NCBI GenBank assembly: GCA_964617645.1
Contig: CAZTYE010000002.1
Coordinates: 374,648-438,647 of the forward strand
From: an uncultured Ignavibacteria bacterium
GTDB lineage: Bacteria > Zixibacteria > MSB-5A5 > CAIYYT01
DNA length: 64,000 bases
Direction: 5' to 3'
In this document: positions 37,336-47,020 of the stretch, piece after piece
How positions within the stretch are numbered: position 1 is the stretch's first letter
Layout of the letters: each line of letters starts with the position of its first letter
Notes under the pieces: generated by a model
What the model saw: the letters and a program-made list of their open reading frames with translations, nothing else
Databases searched by the model: none
What the model was told of the DNA's origin: nothing
Program-made: the position numbers and the translations under genes

Positions 37336-39381
37336 ATGCAAAGGCGTGAGCCTCTGGACAGTTGCCGCGTTTTTCTTCGGGTTGTTGCGGTCATCGTGAC
37401 CCTCGGCATCTTCCTGTTGTCATGTTCGCAGCGGAAGATGAGCGACTTCGAGTTAAACTACCTCACCATGTCGGTTGACCGGATGGTTGTACTCGACGAT
37501 CTCGACTCCGCAGCGCTGCTGATCAATGACCTGGCGCTGCAGCACCCGCGTGATACGGCGATCTTGATGCGCCAGGGCCTGATCAATCGTGAACTGGGCA
37601 GCGTTGAAGGCCGCCGCAAGTCGGAGTTGGCGTTTCGGCGTCTCGTGCAACTTGAGCCGAAAAGCGCCTTGTACCATCTTGAATTGGGCAAGACCCTCGT
37701 CGCGCAGACTTTCGAGATGGAAGGTCGTGGCGAATTGGCGCGATCTATTGACCTCGATCCGGAAAACGAAGAGCCATACCTGATCATGGCCGACCTCTAT
37801 CGCCGGCCTTACTTTATCAACGACTATGCGGACTTCGCCGACTCCGCGCTTGAGGTCCTGCATTCCCTGCTCCGCGAAGACAGCGACAATGTCTCGGCGC
37901 TGGTTCGATTGTCGGAAATCTCTGCGGTGCGCGGCTGGGTCGATAGTTGCCGCTACTTCGCCGATCAAGCCCTCTCCGTCGATTCCTCTTCGCTTCGCAG
38001 CCGGCTGGCGAAGGCCTATTCTGCATATCGCCAAAGCGATCCGGTCGCGGCAACGCGACATTTCGACTACGCTCTCAGTCGCCTCGACTCGGCCGGCCGC
38101 GCCGGCTACGAATCACTCGCCTATCTGATTCGCCCTGACGAGATTTCGGCTTACAACAAGCTGCCTCTTGCCCGCCGCGATTCTCTCAAGTTGCAGCTCT
38201 GGCTCGATTTGGACAACGATCCAACAACCGCCGTTAACGAACGTCAGGTCGAACACTTCGCGCGCGTCTGGATGGCAAACTTAATTTTCTCCGATGAGCG
38301 CTATGACCGCGACGGCTGGAAAACCGACATGGGCGAAACGCTGATTCGGCTGGGGCTGCCGGACGACCGCCGCCGCCAGCGCATCCATTCCAGCAGCGTG
38401 AGTGGGATTCCGGCATGGTACTGGTACTACACGACGACCACCTATCCGTGCACTCTCGCCTTCGTCGATCACATGCTTTCCGGCGAATTCCGCTTTCCCT
38501 TCTCGTACAGCGACAACACCGGCTCGCTGCGCACCAATGAGAGCAAACGCGTCGCCTACTTCAACAATCTGCAAGTTCCCCAGGAATCGGAATTGTCGCG
38601 GGAAACGGCGCCGGTGCAGTTTGACTACGACGTCTATCAGTTTCGCGGCGAGCGCAGCTACACTGATCTGGAGCTAATTGTTTACTCAGCCGGAAACCAG
38701 TTTCGCTCGGGTGAAATAGCTTTTCGCGCCGCGATCCAGGACTTGCGCGGCCGCTTATTCTGGCGCGACGAATCACGACTCGATTATGAATCGACTCGCG
38801 GTGGGTCGGTGGTGACTCGCTTCTCGACCGCTCAACTTCCGGGGGCGAGGCGTCTCGGGATCGTGCTCGACCAATCGGATTCGGGTCTCTATCGCTATCA
38901 AATCGACTCGCTGGCGATTCGGAGCTTTGCGATCACCGGTATCAGTATGTCGGACATCGTTCTCACCGCGCCCGCCAGTGTCCAGCCGAACTCCGTGCGT
39001 ATCGTTCGCGGTGAAACGGAACTGCCGATTGTCGTCGATCGAGCTTACGCGCTCGAAGACACCGTGCGCGTTTACTTCGAGGTCTACGGACTGCCCTTCG
39101 ATCTCACCGGTCGCACCCGCTTCGACGTCACCTACTCGCTTCAGTTCGTCAAGGGCAGCGACAAGGGTCTGAAAGGCCTCTTGGGCAAAGTCTTCCCCGG
39201 CAAACGCGAGTCGATCTCCTACACTTATCGCGAGGGTGGCATCGCCCACGATATCACCCGCGACCTGCAACTCACTGTCGGCGATCTTCGTCCCGGACGT
39301 TACCAACTGACTATCTCTGTAGATGAACTCGTACTCGGAAGCCAGGCTTCGGCCTCGACCGAGCTGATACTGCTGGAGTAG
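37336..39381 (+). CDS. TPR-repeat lipoprotein, hypothetical.
   Basis: 681 aa. Lipobox FLLSCSQ. N-terminal half TPR-like. Confidence 0.5.
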   Translation: MQRREPLDSCRVFLRVVAVIVTLGIFLLSCSQRKMSDFELNYLTMSVDRMVVLDDLDSAALLINDLALQHPRDTAILMRQGLINRELGSVEGRRKSELAFRRLVQLEPKSALYHLELGKTLVAQTFEMEGRGELARSIDLDPENEEPYLIMADLYRRPYFINDYADFADSALEVLHSLLREDSDNVSALVRLSEISAVRGWVDSCRYFADQALSVDSSSLRSRLAKAYSAYRQSDPVAATRHFDYALSRLDSAGRAGYESLAYLIRPDEISAYNKLPLARRDSLKLQLWLDLDNDPTTAVNERQVEHFARVWMANLIFSDERYDRDGWKTDMGETLIRLGLPDDRRRQRIHSSSVSGIPAWYWYYTTTTYPCTLAFVDHMLSGEFRFPFSYSDNTGSLRTNESKRVAYFNNLQVPQESELSRETAPVQFDYDVYQFRGERSYTDLELIVYSAGNQFRSGEIAFRAAIQDLRGRLFWRDESRLDYESTRGGSVVTRFSTAQLPGARRLGIVLDQSDSGLYRYQIDSLAIRSFAITGISMSDIVLTAPASVQPNSVRIVRGETELPIVVDRAYALEDTVRVYFEVYGLPFDLTGRTRFDVTYSLQFVKGSDKGLKGLLGKVFPGKRESISYTYREGGIAHDITRDLQLTVGDLRPGRYQLTISVDELVLGSQASASTELILLE

Positions 39382-39509
39382 CCCAATCCGACTGCTCGAC
39401 TCGCCACACGACGAATGCGATTCTCCGCAGAGGTTTCGCGCCGTGCCATGCCCACGCTTCGAGGGACAATGCGCCCGTCGACTCTCCCGGTAAGGGTAGC
39501 CCACAGCTT

Positions 39510-39640
39510 GAGGGCTGTTGAAAAGCCCTATGAGCTGTCACCCTGAGCGGAGCGAAGGGTCTGTTATCCTTGTGTCGCATCGGAAAACAGATTCTTCGCT
39601 TCGCTCAGAATGACATGAATATGGCTTTTTCAACAGTCCC
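39510..39640. repeat. Dispersed ~135-bp imperfect-hairpin element, copy a (MITE/REP-like).
   Basis: ctgttgaaaagccctatgagctgtcaccctgagcg...gaagggtctgtt...aacagattcttcgcttcgctcagaatgacatgaat...tttttcaacagtc. Termini and internal segments are mutually complementary. Lies in the convergent intergenic region between 37336..39381 and mscL. Confidence 0.75.
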
Positions 39641-39709
39641 CTTGCTGTGGGTGAGTCAAGCAGCTTGAGCCGTCTCGCGAACTGACAACCCCGATCCCCG
39701 CCGGAGCGC

Positions 39710-40105
39710 CTATCGCGAGCGCAAGGTGTCGCGGATTTCGGTCAGAAGTATCTCTTCTTTCGTCGGCGCCGGCGGCGCAGCCGGAGCTTCTTCCTTCTTA
39801 CGCTTCAGCGAATTCATGGCCTTAACTACCATGAAGATCGCGAAGGCGACGATTACAAAGTCAACGACAGTCTGGATGAACTTGCCATATGAGAGCACTA
39901 CGGGCGCCCCTTCGGCAGTTGCGCTCCTGAGCGTGACGGCCAAATTCGAGAAGTCAACGCCACCGAGCATCATGCCGATTGGCGGCATGATGACATCTCC
40001 GACCAGCGACGACACGATTTTTCCGAAAGCGGCGCCGATCACGATACCGACCGCCATATCGACAACGTTTCCGCGCATCGCAAATTCTTTGAATTCCTTG
40101 AGCAT
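39710..40105 (-). CDS. mscL: Large-conductance mechanosensitive channel.
   Basis: 131 aa. [31 protein letters not shown] matches the MscL N-terminus. Confidence 0.9.
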   Translation of the reverse strand: MLKEFKEFAMRGNVVDMAVGIVIGAAFGKIVSSLVGDVIMPPIGMMLGGVDFSNLAVTLRSATAEGAPVVLSYGKFIQTVVDFVIVAFAIFMVVKAMNSLKRKKEEAPAAPPAPTKEEILLTEIRDTLRSR

Positions 40106-40207
40106 GAGCTTTCCCTCCGTGGATAACGGGTTCTCCGATTTCGGTCCGATCGAGTTTTTTCCGGTTGTTTCCGGCGCAGTCTGGTGAAACGCCGCTTGTC
40201 TGTCAAC

Positions 40208-41920
40208 TTAGAATTTGTTCGTGATCGGCCAGCGACGATCTTTGCCGAACGCGCGCGGTGTGATTCGCGCCCCCGGTGGCGATTGGCGGCGTTTGTATTC
40301 GGCATTGCCCACCATGCGAATAACCCGCCGCACCGTCTTGGGGTCAAAACCCGCCGCAATGATTTCGCGCTCGTCGGTGTCGAGCTCCACATACAGCCTG
40401 AGGATCTCGTCGAGAATCTCATAGGGAGGCAGCGAATCGGTATCGAGTTGGTCTTCCTTCAATTCCGCCGTCGGCGGCCGCTTGATAATCGTCCTGGCAA
40501 TGACCTCTCGCCGGCGCGATTTGTTCAGGTGCCGGCAAATTCGGTACACCAGCGTCTTGGGAATGTCTTTTAGCACGGCGAAGCCGCCGACCATGTCGCC
40601 GTAGAGCGTCGTGTATCCGACAGCCGCTTCCGATTTGTTCGAGGTATTCAGCACCAGCGCGCCGAACTTGTTGGAATAGGCCATCAGCAAATTGCCGCGA
40701 ATGCGCGCCTGCAGATTTTCGCCGGTGAGTCCGGTCGTGCAGTCACCGTAAGCCGGATTGAGTAACTCGGCGTAATCTTCAAAGAGATCGACGATCGGGA
40801 GATCGTCCATCTTGAGCTTGAGAAGTTTCGCTTGATGAGCCGCCGCGCGATGCGATAGCTCCGAAGTAAATCGCGAAGGCATGAAGAGCAAGTGCACGTT
40901 CTTGCTGCCAAGCGCATCCGTCGCCACCGCCGCCGTCAATGCCGAGTCGATTCCGCCGGACATGCCGATGACGACCTGCGTGAATCTGTTTTTGCCCACA
41001 TAGTCGCGGGTCGCCTGCACGATGGCCTGGTAGACTTCCTCCGTCGGGTCCAGCAGGCTGGCGACTTGATTCTTGTGCTCGCGCGCCGGTGGTCGTGATT
41101 GCTGGTCAAGCTCCGCGTACCGAACCGGAAATTGCGAATTTCCCATCGTGCCGGCGCGCTTGAGCAAATCGAATGTCGACTGATTCGCGCCTTTCGTCTC
41201 GGGAATGTCAACGATCAGCAGCTCTTCTCGAAATTGCGCAGCCCGCGCGATCACTTTCCCCTTCGGATCGATCGCGACCGAGGCGCCGTCGAAGATCAGC
41301 TCGTCCTGGCCGCCGACCATGTTGCAGTACAACACATGAATCTTGTTGCGAATCGCGCGATCGCGCAGCATGGCGATGCGTTCATCGGCTTTGTGGTGGT
41401 GGTACGGCGACGCGGAGATGTTCATCACAATCGCGGCGCCGAATGTCGCTTGCTGCTCGGTGATGCCGGGACACATCCAGATGTCTTCGCAGATATTGAT
41501 CCCCAGCAGCGTGTCGCGGATTCGCAGTAGCGGCATCTCATTGCCCGGCTGGAAATAGCGCTTCTCATCGAACACGCCGTAATTCGGAAGCGCCACCTTT
41601 TCGTACGAAAGTTGCAGTTTCTTGCCCGCGATCAGTGCCGCCGAATTGAAGACGCTCAATCCCTCGGAACCGGTATAGCCGCAGATAATCGCCCGCCCGT
41701 CCGATTTGGCGATGAGCTTCTGCAGGTAAATCTGATTAGCTTCGACGAAGCTCCGATTAAGCAGGAGGTCTTCCGGCGGATAGCCGCACAACGACAGCTC
41801 CGGAAAGAGGACCAAATCGCAGGCTTGCGCGCGGGTTTGCTGCAGGGCAGCGAGGATTTTGGCAAGATTGCCGTCAAAGTCCCCGACCGTCGGGTTGATT
41901 TGTCCGAGGGCGATCCGCAA
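40208..41920 (-). CDS. nadE: Glutamine-dependent NAD+ synthetase (nitrilase domain + NAD synthase domain).
   Basis: 570 aa. N-terminal CN-hydrolase domain (MRIALGQINPTVGDFDGN...FPELSLCGYPPEDLL); C-terminal PP-loop SGGIDS. Confidence 0.85.
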   Translation of the reverse strand: MRIALGQINPTVGDFDGNLAKILAALQQTRAQACDLVLFPELSLCGYPPEDLLLNRSFVEANQIYLQKLIAKSDGRAIICGYTGSEGLSVFNSAALIAGKKLQLSYEKVALPNYGVFDEKRYFQPGNEMPLLRIRDTLLGINICEDIWMCPGITEQQATFGAAIVMNISASPYHHHKADERIAMLRDRAIRNKIHVLYCNMVGGQDELIFDGASVAIDPKGKVIARAAQFREELLIVDIPETKGANQSTFDLLKRAGTMGNSQFPVRYAELDQQSRPPAREHKNQVASLLDPTEEVYQAIVQATRDYVGKNRFTQVVIGMSGGIDSALTAAVATDALGSKNVHLLFMPSRFTSELSHRAAAHQAKLLKLKMDDLPIVDLFEDYAELLNPAYGDCTTGLTGENLQARIRGNLLMAYSNKFGALVLNTSNKSEAAVGYTTLYGDMVGGFAVLKDIPKTLVYRICRHLNKSRRREVIARTIIKRPPTAELKEDQLDTDSLPPYEILDEILRLYVELDTDEREIIAAGFDPKTVRRVIRMVGNAEYKRRQSPPGARITPRAFGKDRRWPITNKF

Positions 41921-42041
41921 TTCAGATTCCTTGGTTAGCCGGCCGTCATCCGTTCATTGGCGACAACAATTAACCATTCGCCGGTATGATTGCAAGCGGC
42001 AAAGTGTTTCGCCGAATCGCGGAGTTCGCATTGCGTGGCGC

Positions 42042-42431
42042 TTAGCGGTACGCGATGACTTCGATCTCGACCAGCACATCTAATGGCAACTTGGCCACTT
42101 GCACGGTCGACCGCGCCGGATAGTCACCGCTGAAATACGAGGCATAGACTTCGTTCATCGCCTTGAAATCGTCCATGCTCTTGAGAAAGACCGTCGTCTT
42201 GAGCACGTTGTTCAGACTCGATCCGGCGGCAATGAGCAAACCGGAGATATTCTTGAAAACCTGATGCGTCTGTGCGGCGATCTCGCCGTCAACGACCTTG
42301 CCGGCAGCGGGATCGATCGGAATCTGCCCCGAGCAGAAAATCAGGGTTCGGCAATCGGCGTGCACGACGGCCTGCGAATACGGCCCGATCGCCTGTGGTG
42401 CATTGGTGGTGGCGATAACCTGCTTTGACAT
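42042..42431 (-). CDS. ridA: RidA/YjgF family reactive-intermediate deaminase.
   Basis: 129 aa. APQAIGPYSQAV...family signature. C-terminal PxxVEIEVIA. Confidence 0.85.
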   Translation of the reverse strand: MSKQVIATTNAPQAIGPYSQAVVHADCRTLIFCSGQIPIDPAAGKVVDGEIAAQTHQVFKNISGLLIAAGSSLNNVLKTTVFLKSMDDFKAMNEVYASYFSGDYPARSTVQVAKLPLDVLVEIEVIAYR

Positions 42432-42526
42432 GAATAACCCTCGCTTGATTAACTATACAACCTGCAGAGAATATAGAAGCGCTCGCCCCAGAAGTCACGC
42501 CCATCTTTGGCTGCGGCATAGGCCGG

Positions 42527-42559
42527 AAATAAAAACGGGGCGGGAGCAGAGCCCGCCCC
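42527..42559 (-). terminator. Rho-independent terminator (minus strand).
   Basis: Minus-strand reading: ggggcgggctctgctcccgcccc (8-bp GC stem) followed by gtttttatttcc. Downstream of the 42829..43221 ORF and the vWA gene. Confidence 0.55.
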
Positions 42560-42828
42560 GGCGCAATTCCGATCACGACGGACGTCCTCACAACGCCGGA
42601 TCGGAATATCCTTCTGCGGCGGCGAGGGTCGTGCCGCCCCGGAAGATTCATTCGAAGCGTTTTGGCGCGACTTTTCTTCGCGTCGGGCGAGCATGCACCA
42701 GTTCGATTTCCCAACGCGAGAATTTTGCGTAATCGCTTACGTTATTTACGCGCCGGACACGAAACTGTTCAGTTGATAGACGAAAAAGACGCCCCGATGA
42801 TGACTACAATTTCGTGAACGGTATTTCG

Positions 42829-43221
42829 CTACGCGGAGTCGCCGGGAAAGATCTGCGCCAGTGCGGCTCGGAGCTGGCCGGCCGATCGCGCGGCGATGAA
42901 CTCGACTCTCAGCCCGGCTTTTTCGAAGTGGCGGCGTTTCTCCTCGACGCGATCATTGTAATACGGCATATGGCCGAAACCGCAGATTTCGACAAACAAC
43001 TCGAGTTGCGGCAAGTAGAAGTCCGGCCGGTACTGCCTGCTGCCGAGAACGATCAGCGGCTCGTACTGAAAATCCAGCCTCCGCTCGCGAAACCACTCGA
43101 TCGCCGCCTGCTCCAACTTGGAGCGAATCGGGCGCTCGCCGGCGGCAATCTTCGGCTGTTTCCGCAGTTCCCCGCGCGGTATCTGCAGCGGCATGCCGGT
43201 TTTCCTGCGCAACGGTCGCAT
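42829..43221 (-). CDS. Hypothetical protein, possibly PD-(D/E)xK nuclease-like.
   Basis: 130 aa. Segment QYRPDFYLPQLELFVEICGF resembles restriction-endonuclease-like core strands. Weak. Confidence 0.3.
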   Translation of the reverse strand: MRPLRRKTGMPLQIPRGELRKQPKIAAGERPIRSKLEQAAIEWFRERRLDFQYEPLIVLGSRQYRPDFYLPQLELFVEICGFGHMPYYNDRVEEKRRHFEKAGLRVEFIAARSAGQLRAALAQIFPGDSA

Positions 43222-43313
43222 AAGCGAATTTGCTTCGCCGGTTGCTGAATGTCAAGTTTCCCACTGCGAAAAGCGCCGTCCCGCGCTTGTACGAGGGACG
43301 GCGCTGATATTCC

Positions 43314-45239
43314 CTATTCTTCCCAGCCGAGCGGCTCGGTGCCCGGCTCAGGCGTTTCCTTGGACTTGAGCATCTTATCCGCCTGCGCAATCAGATGCAT
43401 CAACTCCGTAACTTGCTCGTTCGACTTCTCCATCTCGACGCCGCGCACGACTTCCAGCACGTCGCTCAGGCGACTCTTCTTCGCCCAGTACGATCCGCGC
43501 AAGATCTCGGAGAATTCCGCCGCCGCAGCCGCCAGGCGAAAATCACTCGAAGTCTGCGAAAACCGCCCGCGAACCAATTCCCGCGTCAGTGTCTCGGAAA
43601 CTTCGCGGACGGCGCCAGTTTCCGGATGCTTATAGCGAATGAAAATCGTGCCGATATCGCCGGTCGCTTCCGGCCGAAGCTTGATCTCGTAGAGCGCCGT
43701 CGTCATGTGTCCCGAGCCGATCTCGCCACCGTCGACGGCGTCATTGCGGAAGTCCTCGTCGGCAACGTCGCGGTTTTCGTAAACCAGCAGCCGATAGCGT
43801 TCGACCACCGCCGGATCGAAATCGACCTGAATCTTCACGTCGCGGGCGATCACCTGGAGCGTACCCGTGAGATTTTCCATGAACACCCGCTGCGCTTCGG
43901 TCCAGCTGTCGACGTAGGCGTAGTGCCCGTTGCCCTTGTTGCCAAGCTGTTCCATGAGCACATCATTGTAGTTGCCCATGCCAAAACCGACTGCCGTCAG
44001 CGTGATACCGCGGTCGGCATAGCCTTTGATGAACGTCATGAACTCGTCGACCGACGTCTGCCCGACATTCGCGACACCGTCCGAGCAAAGAATCAGCCGG
44101 TTGATCGCGCCGTGCTGAAAATTGCGGTCGGCCATCTGGTAAGCCAGCCGCAAACCGGCCTCGGCATTGGTCGCACCATCGGGAATCAGGCTCTCGATGG
44201 CATTGATGATTCGTTCCTTGTCGCGAATCGAGGTCGGATCCAGCAGCACGCGTGCCGTGCTGCCGTAGATCACGATTCCGACCTGATCGCGCGGCGTAAG
44301 CTGATCTACCAGCATCCGCAACGCCCGCCGCACCGTGCCCAGACGATCCTCGCGATTCATTGAGCCGGAAACATCGACGACAAACACCAGTCGCGCGTCG
44401 CGCCGCTGGGTGTCGGCGATCTTCTGCCCGGCAATGCCGATCCGCAGCAGGTGATACTTCTCGCCGAACCGGGATGGCGCCCCTTCCAGATGCACCGTAA
44501 ACGCCTTGTCGCGCGGGCAGGCGTAGTCGTACTTGAAATTATTCACGAATTCTTCGACGCGCACTGCGTCCTGCGGCGGCAGGTTGCCCGAGTTGATATA
44601 CGAACGCGCCATCGCATAGGAGGCATTATCGACATCGATTGCGAAGGTTGAGAAGTGATCGTCTTCAGTATCGATGATGGGATTCACGCCATAGTGCTTG
44701 AAGAACATGGCGTCGAACGGCTCGCCATTCGGCGGCCGATTGCCTCCGTGCGCCGGCGGCGGTGAGGATGGCGGATAGCAACCACCGATAGCGACTCGAC
44801 TGCCGCGCATCTGAATCTTGCCATATTCCTCCTGCCGCATGTTCTTGGTCTCTACCATTTGTATTGCCCCCGGCGCTGCAAGGACAATCTGCGCCTCCGT
44901 TTCAATCAGGCTCTCTTCGAGTGTGAAGTTGACCTCTGCCGTCGAATCCGAAACGACCTTAACATTCTGTATCAACACCGGCGTATAGCCGGTGACCGAC
45001 GCTCGCAGCGTGTAAACGCCCGGCGGCACATTCACGATCAGGAAATTCCCGTTGCCGTCCGCTTGCGCGCCCATTGTCGTGCCGGTAATTTCGACAACCG
45101 CAAACCCAATCGGAGCTTTGGTTTTGAGATTGATGATTTGACCTTTGATTTTTCCGGTCGATGCCGACTCCAAATCGGCGCAGATCGCGGCCAGCAAGCC
45201 GACAGCCGCCACGATCACCAGCAGGGAATACCGTTTCAT
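43314..45239 (-). CDS. Secreted vWA-domain protein with N-terminal carboxypeptidase-regulatory-like beta-sandwich domain.
   Basis: Start at MKRYSLLVIVAAVGLLAAICAD. CarboxypepD_reg-like segment (GKIKGQIINLKTKAPIGFAVVEITGTTMGAQADGNGNFLIVNVPPGVYTLRASVTGYTP). vWA MIDAS LVFVVDVSGSM. Confidence 0.65.
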   Translation of the reverse strand: MKRYSLLVIVAAVGLLAAICADLESASTGKIKGQIINLKTKAPIGFAVVEITGTTMGAQADGNGNFLIVNVPPGVYTLRASVTGYTPVLIQNVKVVSDSTAEVNFTLEESLIETEAQIVLAAPGAIQMVETKNMRQEEYGKIQMRGSRVAIGGCYPPSSPPPAHGGNRPPNGEPFDAMFFKHYGVNPIIDTEDDHFSTFAIDVDNASYAMARSYINSGNLPPQDAVRVEEFVNNFKYDYACPRDKAFTVHLEGAPSRFGEKYHLLRIGIAGQKIADTQRRDARLVFVVDVSGSMNREDRLGTVRRALRMLVDQLTPRDQVGIVIYGSTARVLLDPTSIRDKERIINAIESLIPDGATNAEAGLRLAYQMADRNFQHGAINRLILCSDGVANVGQTSVDEFMTFIKGYADRGITLTAVGFGMGNYNDVLMEQLGNKGNGHYAYVDSWTEAQRVFMENLTGTLQVIARDVKIQVDFDPAVVERYRLLVYENRDVADEDFRNDAVDGGEIGSGHMTTALYEIKLRPEATGDIGTIFIRYKHPETGAVREVSETLTRELVRGRFSQTSSDFRLAAAAAEFSEILRGSYWAKKSRLSDVLEVVRGVEMEKSNEQVTELMHLIAQADKMLKSKETPEPGTEPLGWEE

Positions 45240-45583
45240 CGCTTCCTCCGCGATAGAAGTTCTCGGTTTCATGTCGCCGGAATTACAAGCGGGCGGTACG
45301 CTTTATTCCCGACGGCGTTGTTTCGTTAGCTCGGAATTTGTCGTGAGGTTCACCGATTGCGCGTGGCCGGCGGGGCTTCGGCGCGCTGCGCAATCAGCGA
45401 GGGAACTACTGAGGCCGTGGCGAGCGTGCGCGCGACATGCCGCCATTCACAATCGTGATCTTCAGAGTGCTGGCAGATAATCCGCCAACGAGTGCTTCCC
45501 GAGATTACGACGGTGAATGATCCAAAGTGTTCAATTAAATGTTGCCTTGCCGATCAAAGATCGCCCCGCTAACTTGATATCGA

Positions 45584-45787
45584 ATGCTAAAGCCCACCAA
45601 ACTCGCCAACATCGACGCACGCGAGTGCCGCAAGCGCGAGATCATCTCACTCCTGGCGTTCATCGCCACCGTGTTTGTGTTTCTGGCTTTGAAAGTCTAC
45701 GATGTCGGCCGCTTGTGGTACGTGTTATTGTTCGCGACCAGCTTCGCCGCGGTGCTGGGTCTGCTTCAGGCCCGAGAAAAAACCTGA
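45584..45787 (+). CDS. Small hydrophobic ORF, hypothetical; continues in-frame after a TGA to 45910.
   Basis: 67 aa with two hydrophobic helices. See findings for the in-frame stop. Confidence 0.25.
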   Translation: MLKPTKLANIDARECRKREIISLLAFIATVFVFLALKVYDVGRLWYVLLFATSFAAVLGLLQAREKT

Positions 45788-46177
45788 ACCCGACTCGCGG
45801 CGCTGGGTCGGCGCAAACTGAATGACGTCGAAGAGACGATCAACAATCCCACTGAAATCGCCCAATTGCGCCTGCAGGCGCGCTGGATTCTCATTCGCGC
45901 GACACTCGTCGCCGGAGTCTTCACGGCGCTGGCGGTGGTCTTCGGCTGAGACTATGGCACGCATCCGAAACGGTGCCCCACAGACCTGTCCCGTTCTGCG
46001 GGATTGCTGTGGGTTCCCCACTCGCCGGGCACCACACCGGCTCGGTGGGCTCAGTCCGCTCTCCCATCGGGTTAAACACAGCGGGTCAGCCAGTCGTGTC
46101 CAATCGCTAAAGCGACACCACACTCCAACAACGATCTATCCTTGCCTTGCCAACCTTGATCGTGTAGCTTCAGCGAC

Positions 46178-46621
46178 ATGATCATCAAACTGATCAAGTT
46201 CAACACCTGGCTCGCCTACGCTTGCGGGATTTTCGCTCTGCTGCTCGCGCCGCAAATCGTCGACACCATGGCCGTCGCAATGGGGGCGCGCGCCGACCGG
46301 ATTCTCACGAATCAGGTTTACTTCATCGCCGTCGCGCTGGTTCGTGTTGTCGGTGTCATGATGTTTGCCTACGCGTTCTTGATTCGTATGCTCCTGAAGC
46401 GGGAATTTCAGATCGACAACCTGCGGCAAACCGGAATGTTGCTCGCCATCGGCGCGCTCGTGTGGACGGCGGCGTTCCTCTTTCTGCTCCCGACTCGAAG
46501 CGCCACCGTGCTCGCGGCAGTCGGCGTCGGCTTGCTGGAGTGGCTGGCGATTCCGGTGTTGCTGATCTTTGAATACAAAAAGACTGATTCGTGGCAGTCG
46601 GTCAAACCGCCGGAATCATAG
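46178..46621 (+). CDS. Hypothetical integral membrane protein.
   Basis: 147 aa, 4 hydrophobic segments. Confidence 0.35.
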   Translation: MIIKLIKFNTWLAYACGIFALLLAPQIVDTMAVAMGARADRILTNQVYFIAVALVRVVGVMMFAYAFLIRMLLKREFQIDNLRQTGMLLAIGALVWTAAFLFLLPTRSATVLAAVGVGLLEWLAIPVLLIFEYKKTDSWQSVKPPES

Positions 46622-46657
46622 TCGAATCGCTGCCGGCAAATTCGCTCTTGAGCTTGA

Positions 46658-46984
46658 CTACAGGCCCAGACTGCCTAACCCCGGAATACTCAAGCCGCCG
46701 GTCAGAGCGCTCATCGTCTCCTGCTGCATCCGCTGCGCGTCCTGTTGCGCCTGCGTAATCGCCGAGACAATCATCTCCTCGAGCATTTCGACATCGGCGT
46801 CTTTCAAAACCTCCGGATCGATCTTGACCTCCTTGAGATCGCCTTTGCCGCTGACGACGGCTTTCACCATGCCCCCGCCGGCTGAGGCCTCGACCCGCTT
46901 TTCATCCAGTTCGGCTTGCAGCTCCATCATCTTGGCCTGCATCTTCTGAACTTGCTTCATCATATCGCCAAAACCTTTGGCCAT
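46658..46984 (-). CDS. ybaB: Nucleoid-associated protein YbaB/EbfC.
   Basis: 108 aa. MAKGFGDMMKQVQKMQAKMMELQAEL...family signature. Located downstream of dnaX as in most bacteria. Confidence 0.85.
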   Translation of the reverse strand: MAKGFGDMMKQVQKMQAKMMELQAELDEKRVEASAGGGMVKAVVSGKGDLKEVKIDPEVLKDADVEMLEEMIVSAITQAQQDAQRMQQETMSALTGGLSIPGLGSLGL

Positions 46985-47020
46985 TACTCGCTCCTGTATG
47001 AATGCTCAGCTATTCGGAAG

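Noticed and set aside
45785-45787. Selenocysteine recoding of the in-frame TGA.
   Set aside because: The downstream hairpin starts only 3 nt after UGA and lacks an obvious bacterial SECIS apical-loop pattern. The protein is a small hydrophobic peptide, an unlikely selenoprotein. No sel genes are seen. Kept only as a low-interest note.
45930-46177. Possible SRP RNA / tmRNA / RNase P RNA in the 250-bp gap before 46178.
   Set aside because: There are local hairpins (tcccgttctgcggga; ccacag...ctgtgg), but I could not find the conserved SRP domain IV motif, a tmRNA tag-reading frame, or RNase P P4 sequences. No call made.
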